Assembly: GCA_013239625.1 (NCBI GenBank)
Contig: MU053493.1
Location: 186,001-250,000 of the forward strand
Source: Lama guanicoe
Taxonomy: Eukaryota
DNA length: 64,000 nucleotides
Reading direction: 5' to 3'
The notes beneath the pieces were generated by a model. It did not search any database. It saw nothing but the letters and a program-made list of their open reading frames with translations, and was not told the DNA's origin. Below, piece by piece: positions 37,760 through 50,596 of this stretch. The first letter of the stretch is position 1; every line of letters starts with the position of its first letter. Both the position numbers and the translations under genes were made by a program.

Positions 37760-40700
37760 TGTATATGTTTTCAGTTTTAATCCCTCTTAAATTTTTCTTT
37801 TAAAATATTTTATTATTATTATTTTAAAAAATCCACTTCATTTCATTTCTATCTCTCTTGGTTTTGTTTCCTGTTATACACAGGTTTCTTTTTTTTTGTT
37901 CTTTTCTCCATTTTGAAAGATTTTTAAAATATGTCTCAACCTGATTGCTATGCTGCTTCAGCTCGATCTTCTATTATTGATTATACACGGTTTTAAAAGC
38001 TATTTATCTCCCTTCTTTAAAAATTCTCTCTTTTTAAAGTTTTATTCCTGCATAGAAGTGAGAAAGATTAATAAACTCCTTAAAGACACAATAGATAATG
38101 CATACTCTATAAGCCACAGTGCCAGAGAGATATGAGCAAGATGAAGAAGAGGAACCACTCCCAATTAAACAGAAAGAGAAATTCCCTGAAAAAACAATCA
38201 ATGAAGTAGACATTGATGGCCTACTAGATCAAGATTTCAAAAAAGGAGTGAACAAAATACTGAAGGAACTAAAAGAGGTAGTGTTTAGACATATAAAATA
38301 TGTCAAAAAGGAAATTGAAGCTATAAAGAAGAGCAAAGTACCATTGGTAAACACATTTGCTGAGACGAGAACTGATCTAAAGGCTGTGCAAAGCAGACTA
38401 GATAATATAGAAGAACCAATCAGTGACCTAGAAGACAGGACAACAGTAAGCACACAATCAGAACAGCTGAGGGAAAAACAAGTAAAAACCAATTAAAACA
38501 ATGTAAGTGACCTAAAGGCTAATATAAAGTGTGTCAATCTATGCATAATAGGGATTCCAAAAGGGGAAGAATGATCGTAGGGTTGAAAAGGTATTTGAAA
38601 AAATCATAACTGAAAACTTCCCAAACATAAAGAAGGAATCCAAATACAGGAAGCTCACAAAGTCCCAAACAGGAAGAAGCCAAACAGACCCACACCAATA
38701 TGCATCATAATCAAGATGGCCAGAATCAAGAATAAAGAAATGATCCTAAAAGTTGCAACAGAAAAGCAAAGAGTGAGTTACAAGGGAACCCCCATAAGCC
38801 ACTCAGCTGATTTCTCTACACAAACACTACAGGCCAGAAGGGAGTGGCAAGATATATTCAAAGTCCTGAATGAAAAAAAGATGCACCCTAGGATACTTTA
38901 TCCAGCAAGGCTATCCTTTAAGATAGAAGAAGAGATAAAGAATTTCACAGTCAAGCAAAAACTAAAAGAGTTTAGCGACACTAAACATGCTAGAAGAAAT
39001 ACTGAAAGCTCTACTCTAAATAGAAAAGAAGCAGGATGCTACTGAAATGAGAAACTCATAAATGGAAAGGTGATAACTACCATAAGTTATAACTAGAATA
39101 AACACGAAATTGTAACAGAAGGCATCTAAATCATTAAGAGTGGGAGAGAGAAGCAAGGAAATACAGAGTACTTTTTTCTTCCTTTTTTATATTTTTTGTT
39201 CTCCAAAGGATGGGTTTGAGATTATATTACTATCTATTTAATGCAAGCAGTTATAGTAATGGATTAATAGACTTACAAAACAGGGTAACCACAAGCAAAA
39301 AATGTACAAGTTAGCTACAAAAACTAAACAAAATCCATGATAATACAAAGGAAAATTACCAAACCACAAAAGGAAGAAGAAAGAAACAAAGAGGAAATAC
39401 CTACTCAACTGCAAAATAAGTATAAAATGGCAATAAACATACATCTACCACTAATTACTAAAAATGTTAATGGACTAAATACTCCAATCAAAAGACAGAG
39501 TGACAGACTGGATATAAAGTAAGAACCTTCAATATCCTGCATAAAAGAGACCCACTTTAGGGAGAAGGACACATGTATTTGGGAGTGAAACAATGGAAAA
39601 GGATATTCCATGCAAATGGAAAAGCCAAAAAAGCAAGTGTAACAGTACTGATTTCAGACAAAATAGACTTCAAAACAAAGGCCATAGAGAAGGATAAAGC
39701 AGGACATTTTATAATCATTAAAGGAGTAATACAAGATGAGGATATTACACACGTCAATATATATGCACCCAATATAGGAGCACCTAAGTATATAAAACAA
39801 TTACAAACAAATTAAAAGGAGATATTGATGGGAATATAATTATAGTCAGAGATTTTAACATCCCATTAATGTCAACAGACAGATCTTCCAGACAGAAAAT
39901 AAATAAGGCAATAGAGAAATAAAGTGATACAATAGAAAGATTAGATTTGGTGGATATTTTCAGAGCATTACACCCCCCCAAAAATTGGATATTCATTCTC
40001 TTCAAGTGTACATGGAAAATTTTCTGGGGTTGATCACGTCCTTAGGCATAAAAGAAGCCTCAACAATCTTAAGAAGATAGAAAATATATCAAGCATGTTT
40101 ACTGACCACAATGTCATGAAACTAGAAATTAACTATAGAGAAACAGAGGAGAAAAAATGGAAAGCATGGAGATTAGACAACATGCTATCAAAAAAACCAA
40201 TGGGTACAATGATGAAATCAAAATTGAAATTAAAAAATACCCTGGGACAAATGACAATGAAAACACAACCACACAAATTTTATGGGGTGCAGCAAAGGCA
40301 GTGCTAAGAGGGAAGTTTATAGCGATACAGGCCTTCCTCAAAAAAGAAGAACAATCTGAAATAAACAATCTAACCCACCAGCTAAAAGAATTAGAAAAAG
40401 AAGAGCAAAAATCCCCAAAAGGTAGCAGAAGGAAGGAAATTATAAAGAGCAGGGAGGAAATAAATAAAATAGAGATTTTAAAAACAGTAGAAAAAATAAA
40501 TCAAACAAAAAGATTTTTTTAAAGTAAATAATATGGACAAACATCTGGCCAAATTCACAAAGAAGAAAAAGGAGAGAGCACAAATAAGTAAAATAACAAA
40601 GAGAAATGGAGAAATTATATCAAATAACAAAGAAATACAGAATATCATACGAGAATATTATGAAAAGCTATATGGAACCAAAATGTATAACCTACAGGTG

Positions 40701-42585
40701 ATGGAAAAGTTTCTGGAAACATACATTCCACCAAGAACTACCCAAGAAGAAACTGACCACTTGAACAAACCGATCACTAGAAATGAAACTGAATTAGCAA
40801 TACAAAACCTCCCTAAAAATAAAAATCCAGGACCAAGTGGCTTCACTGGGGAATTCTACAAAACATACAAAGAAGAACTCATACCAGTCCTTCTCAGACT
40901 CTTCCAGAAATTTGAAAAGGAGGGAATACTACCAAACTCATTCTATAAAAACACCATCAGCCTGATACCAAAACCAGGCAAAGACACTACCAAAAAAAGA
41001 GAATTAAAGACCACTATCACTGATGCAAAAATCCTCACCAAAATATTTGCAAATAGAATCCAACAGCACATAAAAAAATTGTACAACATGATCAAGTGGG
41101 GTTCATCCCAGGAACACAAGGGTGATTCAACATATGCTAATCAATCAATGTAATACATCACATCAACAAGAGAAAGAAAAATAAACACATGATAATTTCA
41201 ATAGATGCAGAAAAAGCATTTGATAAAATTCAGCACCCATTTATGATAAAAACTCTCACCAAAGTGGGTATAGAGGGAACATATCTAAACATAATAAAAG
41301 TTTTATATGACAAACCTGCAGCCAGCATAGTACTCAATGGTGAAAAACTTAAAAGCTTCCCACTAAAATCTGGGACAAGACAAGGATGCCCACTATCATC
41401 ATACCTGTTCAACATAATCTTCAAAGTCCTAGCCACAGCAATCAGGCAAGAGAGAGAAATAAAAGAGATCCAAATTTGAAAAGAAGAGGTAAAAGTGTCA
41501 CATTATGCAGATGACATGATACTATATATAGAAAACCCTAAATGGTCCATACAAAAACTACTAAAGCTGATCAAAGAATTCAACAAGATAGCAGGTTACA
41601 AGATCAATGTTAAAAAATTAGTTGCATTTCTTTACACTAATGATGAATCAACAGAAAAAGAAAGTAAAGAAACAATCCCCTTTAAAATAGCACCCAAAGA
41701 AATAAAATACCTAGGAATAAACCTAACCAAGAATTATGCATGGAAATTGTTAAATCACTGATTAAGGTAATTAAAGGAAACTTAAAAAAATAAAAAGATA
41801 TCCTATACTCTGGATTGGGAGAATCAATACTGTTAACATGGTCACACTGCCCAAGGCAATCTACAGATTGAATACAAACCCTATCAAATTACTGAGAACA
41901 TATTTCACATAACTAGAACAAATCATAATAAAATTTATATGGAATCATCAAAGACAGAATTGTCAAAGTGTTACTGAAGAAAAAGAAAGAGTCTAGAGGA
42001 ATAACTCTCCCAGTCTTCAGACTATACTATAGGGCTACAGTCAATAAGACAGCATGGTATTGGTACAAAAACAGACATATGGACCAATGGAGCAGAATAG
42101 ACAGCCCAGCAATGAGCCCACAGACTTTTGGTCAAGTAATCTTTCACAAAGGAGGAAAGAATATAGAATGGAATAGAGACAGTCTCTTCAGCAAATGATA
42201 TTGGGAAAACAGGACAGCAGCATTTAAATCAGTGAAGCTAGAACACTCTCTTACACCATACACAAAAATAAACTCAAAATGGATCAAAGACTTAAACATA
42301 AGACAAGATACAGTAAATCTCCTATCAGAAAATATAGGCAAAATATAATCCCAGATACATCTCAGAAATGTTCTAAGAGTATACTCAAGCAATAGAAATA
42401 AAAGCAAGAATAAACAAATGGGACCTAATGAAACTTACAAGCTTCTGCACAGCAAAGGGAACCATAAGTAAAACAAAAAGACAACCTACAGAACGGGAGA
42501 AAAATTTTGCAAACGATGAAACTGACAAAGACTTGATCTCCAGAATATATAAGCAGTTCTTACGACTTACTAAGAAAGAACCATA
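37760..42585 (+). mobile_element. Long LINE-1 remnant: partial 5' UTR, ORF1 (~38132-39045), ORF2 (39427-42585), 3' end missing
   Basis: ORF1 SADFSTQTLQARREWQDIFKVL..ILYPARLSF; endonuclease NVNGLN and [17 protein letters not shown]. Many stops and frameshifts. Confidence 0.93.
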
Positions 42586-43019
42586 CATTTAAATTTTTAG
42601 ATTTTTAGGCTTTGTGATACATTTTTGATCATTGCTTAATTTGTCAGCAAGAAAAAGAATGTATGATGATAAATAGATTTGTTTCTTTAACTCATGAAGT
42701 TTTCTTGATCAGTCCATACATACTTGTTAAACACAAGTAGATTAAATAGATGTAGGTGTGATAAAATATATAAGTGAACTTTTCAACAACAATTTTGTTT
42801 TATACTTTAGCTACTTAAAATAATTTTACAAACTTTTTGGTAACTTGAAACCTTAAAGCTATACTAAGTTAAGGTCAATAATATATATTCATTAGCATAT
42901 AGGTCAATTCCAAATAAGATAAAATACCGAAACATTAATTGCAGAACAAAACTCTGTCTACATTTGGCATATTTAAAAAATGGTATAGAGAAGCTAAATA
43001 TATTTGGGCTTATTTTCCT

Positions 43020-43540
43020 TTATTTTTTTAGTAGACTTTATTTTTTTAGAGAAGTTTCAGGGTTACAGCAGAATTAAGCAGAAAATACAGAGTTCCCACA
43101 TAGCCCTCCCCACCCACATATATACTCCCCTACTATCAACATCCATCATCAGTATGACATTTTTGGTACAATTGATGAACTAACATCAACATATTATTAT
43201 CAACCAATGTCCATTGTTTATGTTAGGGTTTAGTCTTGATGTTGTACCTTCTGTAGGTTTTGACAAATTCATAATGACATGTAGCCATCACTGTAGTATC
43301 ATACAGAATAACTTCATTGCCCTAAAAATCCCTTGTGCTCCATCTATTCAGTCCTCCCTCCATACCTCTCCCCAATCCCATGGAAACCACGATCATTTTA
43401 TTGTTTCTGTAGCTGTGCTTTTTCCAGAATATCATTTGGTAGGAATCATACAGTTTGTAGCCTTTTCAGACTGGCTTCTTCCATTTAGTAATATGTCTTT
43501 TTAAGTTTTTTTATGTTTTTAATGGCTTGATAGATTTTTT
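43020..43540 (-). mobile_element. L1MC-like 3' end
   Basis: Homologous to 14670-15090, with a T-rich tail. Confidence 0.7.
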
Positions 43541-43629
43541 TACTGCACATAAATTTTTAAATTTAGATATATGTACTGTTCATTATTTCTGAGAATGTTT
43601 AGAGTTTTAGCTTTTATAACTTACATAGT

Positions 43630-44175
43630 TATCAAAGGAATAAACCTAATCACAAAATAAGAATTAACTCAAAAAGATACATACACCCTGCTATTAACAG
43701 CAACAGTATTTATAATTGCCAAGACATGGAAGCATCCCAAGTACACATCAAAATTTGAATAGACAATGGAGATGCAGTATGGGTGTGTGTGTGTGTATAC
43801 AATTCATCCACAAAAAGTGGGATATTTTTCCATTTGTGGCCCTTCATTCACTTTTTTTTTACTTCAAAAACCAGAAATTTATAACTTGCATAGGCATTTC
43901 CATTACATCAAAGACAACAAAACACCTATAAATAAGCTTAACCAAGGAGGTTACCTATACTCTGAAAACCAAAATGACACAAAGAAATGGGAAGTTTTCT
44001 GGTGGTCTTGGATTGGAAGAATCGACACTATCAAAAAAGCCACACTAAGCAAAGCAATCCACAGGTCCAATGCAACCCCATCAAAATACTCACGACATTC
44101 CTCACAGACCTAGAATAATTCCAAAATTTATAAGGAGCCACAAAAGACCCCAAATAACTAAAGCAATCTTTTGAA
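43630..44175 (+). mobile_element. Two old L1 ORF2 fragments in non-collinear order
   Basis: tataattgccaagacatggaagc (ORF2 3' end) precedes WSWIGRIDTIKKATLSKAIHRSNA (ORF2 middle). Confidence 0.7.
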
Positions 44176-44177
44176 AG

Positions 44178-46093
44178 TCTCTCTCTCTCTCTTTTTTTCT
44201 CTTTCTTCTTTCTTCTTTCTTCTTTCTGTTCTCTTTTCTTATGGTTTGATGACTAGAGGAGGTCCTTTAACATTTATTGTATAGCTGGTTTGATGGTGCT
44301 GAAATGTTTTAGCTTTTGCTTATCTGTGAAGTTTTGGTTTCTCCATCAAGTCTGAACAAGAGCCTTGCTGGGTAGAGTATTCCTGATTGTAAGTTTGCCC
44401 CTTGTATCACTTTAAATATATTGCACCACTCCCTTCTGGCCTGTAGAGTTTCTGCTGAAAAATCAGCTGATAAATTTGTGAGAGCTCCCTTGTATGCCAT
44501 TCATTGCTTTTGTCTTGCTAATTTTACTATTTTCTCCTTATCCTTAATTGTTGTCAATTTGATGACCATATACCTTGTTGTGTTCTTCTTTGGGTTGATT
44601 CTCTATGCTTCCAAGATTTGGGTGACTATTTTCTTTGCCAAGTTGGGGAAGTTTTCACTTATTATCTCTCCAAAAATTTTCTCATGTCCTTTATATCTCT
44701 TCTGTTTCTGGGACCCCTATAATGCAAATATTAGAGCACTTCATGTTGTCCCAGGTTTCTCTTAAAATGTACTCATTTCTTTTTATTCTTTTTTTTCTTT
44801 TTTCTGTTCTGAAGTACTGATTTCCATTTATCTGTCTTTTAGCTCACTGATCCATTCCTCTGGATGGATTTAGTCTATTTAGTCTACTTAGTCTATTCTT
44901 GCTTCCTTCTAGTGTATTGTTCAATTCAGTGATTTTATTCTTCAACTCCATTTGGGTATTATTTATATTTTCCAACTCTTTGCTAAAAACTTCACTCTGT
45001 GCATCTATACTCCACTTGAGTTCTCTGAACATCTTCACCATCATTGCTTTAAACATTTTCTCAGGTAAATTGCCTATCTCCTCATCACTTATTTCTTCTT
45101 GTGGCATTTTATCTTATGTCTTGGCCTGGGAGATATTATTTTGCCTCTCACATTTTGTATCTTTCTATGTGTTTGTGAATTCCTTCCACAGGCTTTTGGG
45201 TTATTGTTTTCTTACTTCTAGTATCTGACCCTGGTTGATGAGGCTGGACTACAGGTTTATGCAGTGTTCCTGGCAGGAGGAGACAGTGACTGCCCACTGT
45301 TGGGTGAAACTTGGTCCTGGACATCTAGTGGGAAGGGCTGTGTCTAAAGGCCTTTGTGGCTTAGGAAATCTGCTGATGGGTGTGGCTTTTTCCCCACCCT
45401 GTATGTTGTTTGGCCTGAGGCTTCCCTACAGGCTGTTGGGTGGGGCTGGACTTGGTGCAAATAATCCAATCAGGATGTCACCCCCCCCAGAAAAGCTCAT
45501 GTAGATGAACACTCCTGGAATGTCTGCCACCAACATTTATACCCCCTGAATGAGCAGCAGGCATCCCCCAAATCCCCAAAAGATCATCCAAATCCATTAG
45601 GCAGATCTGGCCCAGGTTCCTATGAAATCATTGCCTCTGCCCTTGGATCTGGCACATGTGAGTTTCCATGAACACTTCTCAAATGAATGGAGTCTCTGTT
45701 TCCCCCATTCCCATGGGGCTAAATGAGTCAAGCCCCCTGGCCTTCAAAACCATATGTTCAGGGGCTTCTTTATCTTCTCAATACCAGGACCTGAACTGGG
45801 TAGTTTGATGTGGGGCTTAGAGCTCTCACTCCTGTGGGAGGTCCTCTGTGACTTAAGAAACCTTCAGGTTGTGGATCGACCACTCAGGGGTTATTGAGCT
45901 TAATTATCTCATGAGCACAGTCCTTTTACCATCATGCTGTAGTATGCTCTTTATGTTTCCAATTGCAGAAAATCTTTTTTGCTAGGTTCCAGTCTTTTTT
46001 CAATGCTTGTTTAGCATTCAGTTCTGGTTTCATTGTAGTCACAAGGAGAGGTGAGCTTGTGGTCCTATCACTTTGCCTTCTTGACCGGAACCC
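44178..46093 (-). mobile_element. L1-type 5' UTR + ORF1 followed by an A/G-rich tract, no contiguous ORF2 (HAL1-like)
   Basis: 5' end GGGTTCCGGTCAAG; ORF1 fragments MPQEEISDEEIGNLPEK..(coiled coil) and LSADFSAETLQARREW..ILYPARL. Same 5' UTR family as 4320-5263. Confidence 0.8.
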
Positions 46094-47599
46094 TATTATT
46101 TGGGTCCACTTTCAAATGTCAGAAGTAGTGCTATGAAAAAGCACCTGCATCTAGAAACTTATGAAGTTATTTATTTATAAAGTGCTACCAAATGAGAATA
46201 AGTGCCTTTTAACAATTGTTTATGTCCTAGTTTTCTCTTTAAAAGTAGGGTGACTAAAGGTTAAAATTTTAAATCAATAATTATAAATGATATTACCAAT
46301 ACTAATAAGGTAAAAAAATAGTTCTGTATGCAGGAAAAGTAAGACATGATTTTTTAAATTGAAGTATACTTGATTTACAATGTTGTGTTAGATTCAGGTA
46401 TAGAGTAAAGTGATTCGGATATGGAATTTTTTAAGTTAGAGAAGATTTATGGGAAAGGAAGATTTGAAAAGGAATCTTGTGTGATCAGTACTGAGACAGG
46501 AAGAATTATTTACAAGGTTTTTAAAACACTATCTTACAATTAATTTTACCATGATGCAGAGCTACAGTTTGCTTTTCTTTCTCTGCTAAAGCAACAAAAT
46601 TTACTTAGGTTTGTAGTTTTCTCTTGATAAGAAATTTTGAGAAAGTTTAGTCTTTAGGTTAAGTGTTTGCCTGGAAATCTAATATTTCCATCTTAAAATG
46701 TTTTCCTGGGAGGTTCAGATTGTCTTTATCAGAACCATGGGTACTTAAAGAAAACTGAGTTCTTGATATTAAAAAATCTATGTATTTACAACTATATAAC
46801 TTTATATATTTTCCTTTGAAATATTTTGTCAGTTGGGTTAAATGAAATTTTTGTTTTACAGAGACTGGTTATCCTATTTAATGAAGTGTTCAAACTTTTG
46901 ACATTTTGGCAGCTTCTCATAAACAGATTTTAAATAGAGTCTTTTTGACCTCCAGCTAACATTGAGATTTTCCAAATGGCCTCTGGAAAATATCAAATTA
47001 TTTGTATCTTATCTTGTAAAAGACAGATGCTAAGTTAATTTGGTTTATTTTGTATGTTAAATTACCTGAGGTGCATTGTCAAATCTGAAGTGATACATTT
47101 GTCAACAGCTTAGTTTTCAGATTCCATGTTAAAATGTTTCATGCCACAGAACTAACTAATATCCTCAAATAACACACAAAATAAACTGTATCAGAACTTT
47201 AACCACGGATATTTTATTTGAAACTTTGCTCTTTAAAACAAAGTGTTTTCTAAGCTGATGGAAACTTCCCTTAAGTTATCTGTAACATACACCAATTAGG
47301 TAAACTCTACTTTTGTCACCAAAGATGTGACAATTGCTTTCTTCTCCCTACTTGATCCCTCCAGAATTTGAATGTATATATGTATGACACAATGGTAATT
47401 TGAATAAATTCAATGAAAAATATATTTTAATTACAGCAAGACAGAAAGGGAAACATTGCTTACATTACAATGGCTTTGACAAAATTTTATGTTTGAGAGT
47501 GTTCTGCATCCAATCAGATATGGCCTGAGTGCTTTAAAAAACTAAGGTAGACTTCAAAGAGCCAATATTTAAAAGTACCCCTTTCAACTCTTCTATTTG

Positions 47600-50117
47600 G
47601 CCTGGGCAGAGGATAAATGTATTGAAGAATGACAGTGAATTATTGGGAGATTAACATACTGATGCAACTGCTGTACTAAATGTGGTTTTATTGATACAGG
47701 GAATTCACATATGCCCTGATACCCAGTAGTGAGCTGTTAACCTGGCAAATGCCTCCCTCACCTCACCTGCAACTTACAAAATGCAGTTTTTTTACTGGTG
47801 CGGACCAGCAATGCACCTTCGCTGTCTTACTTTTCACAGATGTATGAATTCTCCAGCCTGTGTCACAGTTTAGTTTGCAGGGATATTGATTATCTCTCCC
47901 TCCCACAAGATGTCACACCGGTCTATTATGTTGATGCATTACATTATGAGGTTATGCTGCTTGGACCTAGAGAGAAGGACAAGCAACTACTCTAGACTTA
48001 ATGATAGAATATTTGCATGTCGGAGGGTGGAAAATGAACTCAAATAAAAGTCAAGGACCTTCTGATTCAGTGCCATCTCTAGGGAGCCAAAGGTATGGGA
48101 CATGTTCAGATACCCTTTTTGAGGTAAAGTGTAGATTGTTGTATGTGTATCCCTTCCTAAAACTAAGGCACAACAACCAGTGGGCATGTTGATTTTGAAG
48201 GCAACATATTCCTCACTTGGTTCTGTTAGCCTGTCTCACGTATCAAGTTACAAGAAGCTACAGGTTTTGAGTGGGGGGAGAAAAGAAGGCACTGTAATGG
48301 ATCCAGGATGCTGTGCAAGCCATTCTGCCACTTGGACTACATAACCCAGCAGACCCAATGCTTCTTGAAGTTCTATTGTTTGACAGGGATGATATTTGAA
48401 GACTTTGGCAGCCACAGGTAAATCACAGCACAGGTATTTAGGATTTTAGAGCAAGGTCCAGCTATAAAACTTCAATTATTACCGTCTTTTTGAGAAACAA
48501 CTCTTGCTCTGTGGCTGAACCTCATGAGAGACTGAATATTAAACCATGAGCCACCAAGACATTATATGACTGGAGCTAACCAAGTGTTCTCTGACCCAAC
48601 AAGTCTTAAAGTTGGGCAGGCACAGCAGCACTCCTATGTCAAATGGGAGTGGTACATATATGATTCAGCCCAGACAGGCCAGGCAGGTACATGTAAGTGA
48701 CAGGAAGAAGCGGCCTCTTCCATCCATACCTGTACCCCATAAGGTGGAGTTCCCTCTGGCTCCTTGACACAGAAAGAAAAGATGCAAGCCTGTTTACTGA
48801 TGGTTTTACACCATATGGAGGCATCGTGTGAAAGTGGAGAGTGGTAGTGCTACAGTGTCTTCCTGGGGCTTCACTGAAGGACAGTGAGCATCCCACCATT
48901 CAGGATTTTAGGCAGTCAGTGCACCTGCTTGTGCATAATGTTTGAAAGATAAAGTGGCCTGAAGTGTGATTATATAATGATTTGGGGCTGTAGGCAATGG
49001 TTTGGCTTGATGGTCAGGCCAAAGGGACTTTAAAGGAACATAATTAGAAAACTGGTAAATGTGAAATTTGGTGAAGAGGTATGTTGATTAACCTCTCTCA
49101 TTGGGAAAAAATAAAAGTTATGTGTGTCCCATGTGAGTGCTCACCAGGGTTTGACGTCAGAAGAGGAAGATTTCAACAATAAAGCATGGAGGATAACACA
49201 TTCTGTGGGTATCAGTCAGCCTCTTTCCCTGCCATGCCAGTCTTTGCCCAGAGGGCTCATGAACAAGGTGGCTGTGGTGGCAGTGACAGAGGTCATTCAT
49301 GTGCTCACCAACATGGGATTCCATTAACCATGACTGAGTGCCTGATCTGCCAAAAATGGTAGTAGCACTGGGTCTCTCATTTGGCACATTCCAGGGGGTC
49401 TTCAGACAGCCCCATGCTGGCATGTTGATTACATCAGGATACTTTAATCATTTAAGGGGTGTCATTTTAGCCTTGTTGAAACAGACACTTTCTATGGGTC
49501 TTGATTTGCCTTGACTGTGTGCATGCTGTTGACAAAATTACAGTGTGGATTTAAAGATGCTTTACCTGCTATGGTAGCATTCTATGAATGGTTGCTCCAG
49601 CTCAAGAAACTGGCATTGCGGCAAAAGAAGTGAGGCCAGGGGTGCATGCCCATTGGATCCACTATTTCTCCCTGTTCACCACCACCCTGAAGCAGCTGGT
49701 TGGATACAACAGGGAAAGGGCCTTTTAAGGACTCAGTTTCAGTGGCACTCAGGGAGTTGGCAGTATATTGCAGGGCTGCGGTAAGTTTCTTTGGGAGATG
49801 TCTGTGTCCTGAATCAGCTTCCAATAATGGTGCTGTTAATAGGTCCAGGAATGAAGGACAGGAATGAAGGTAGAGGCACCACATCTTATATTATCTTTTG
49901 AAATGTTTTTTTCTTTTCATTTTCTCATGACATTAAGATCTGCCCACCTAAACTTTATAATTGCAGAAGAAGAAATGTTTCTACCAGGAGACAGAACAAT
50001 GATTCTCCTGAGTGGAGCTTAAGACAGACACTCACCCACACTGGACTCTTCATGCCTCTATGTCAACAGGAAAAGAGAGGAGTTACTACCCTGTATAGAG
50101 TGACTAAGTCTGAAAAC
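47600..50117 (+). mobile_element. ERV-L pol remnant (RT, RNase H, integrase, dUTPase region); its 3' end resumes at 53060-53250
   Basis: HSLVCRDIDYLSLPQDVTPVYYVDA (ERV-L RT motif region) and SHVSAHQ; collinear with 59000-59990. Confidence 0.85.
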
Positions 50118-50575
50118 TATTACAGGACAGGCATATCTGGAGAGCATTTAATGTGGTAAAAACATATTTATTCAGAACTACAGTAATAATGAAAAAGAGA
50201 CCTCAATATAGAACTGGGCTCAATGACAAATAGAGAATTTGGAAGAGGGAATTTATATCAGAGGAACTCAGTGGGTGTTACTCGATGGCATACTAGTAAT
50301 ATGAAACAACAAGTACTAGGGAATTTCTTGGTAAACTGACATATGGGATTTTTTCTGAAGACAAGTCAGATTGATTAGACATTACCTGCTGGTGGGGGTG
50401 GAATATGAGAAACCTAATTAGATATCGAGGGTGATCAGACCTGGAGGATGAATGCCTCATGCAAAACTCACTCAGCAGAATTCTTGCTGAGGATTTTACA
50501 AAGAGGTACACATAAGGGCCTAGGAGAACTTTCAGGGGTCTGATTAAAATTTGGTAAACAAACTAACTCTTGAAA
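50118..50575 (-). mobile_element. MER67-like LTR of unit D
   Basis: 50319-50575 aligns closely to 372-627. Confidence 0.75.
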
Positions 50576-50596
50576 GGCCCATTCTTTGTAATTTTT

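Larger units (their letters stand above)
42590..47580 (+). mobile_element. MER4-group ERV internal fragment in plus orientation (42590-43010 and 46094-47580)
   Basis: Reverse complement of sequence seen at ~12600-14300 and 20100-20600; continuous across the insertion at 43011-46093. Confidence 0.6.
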
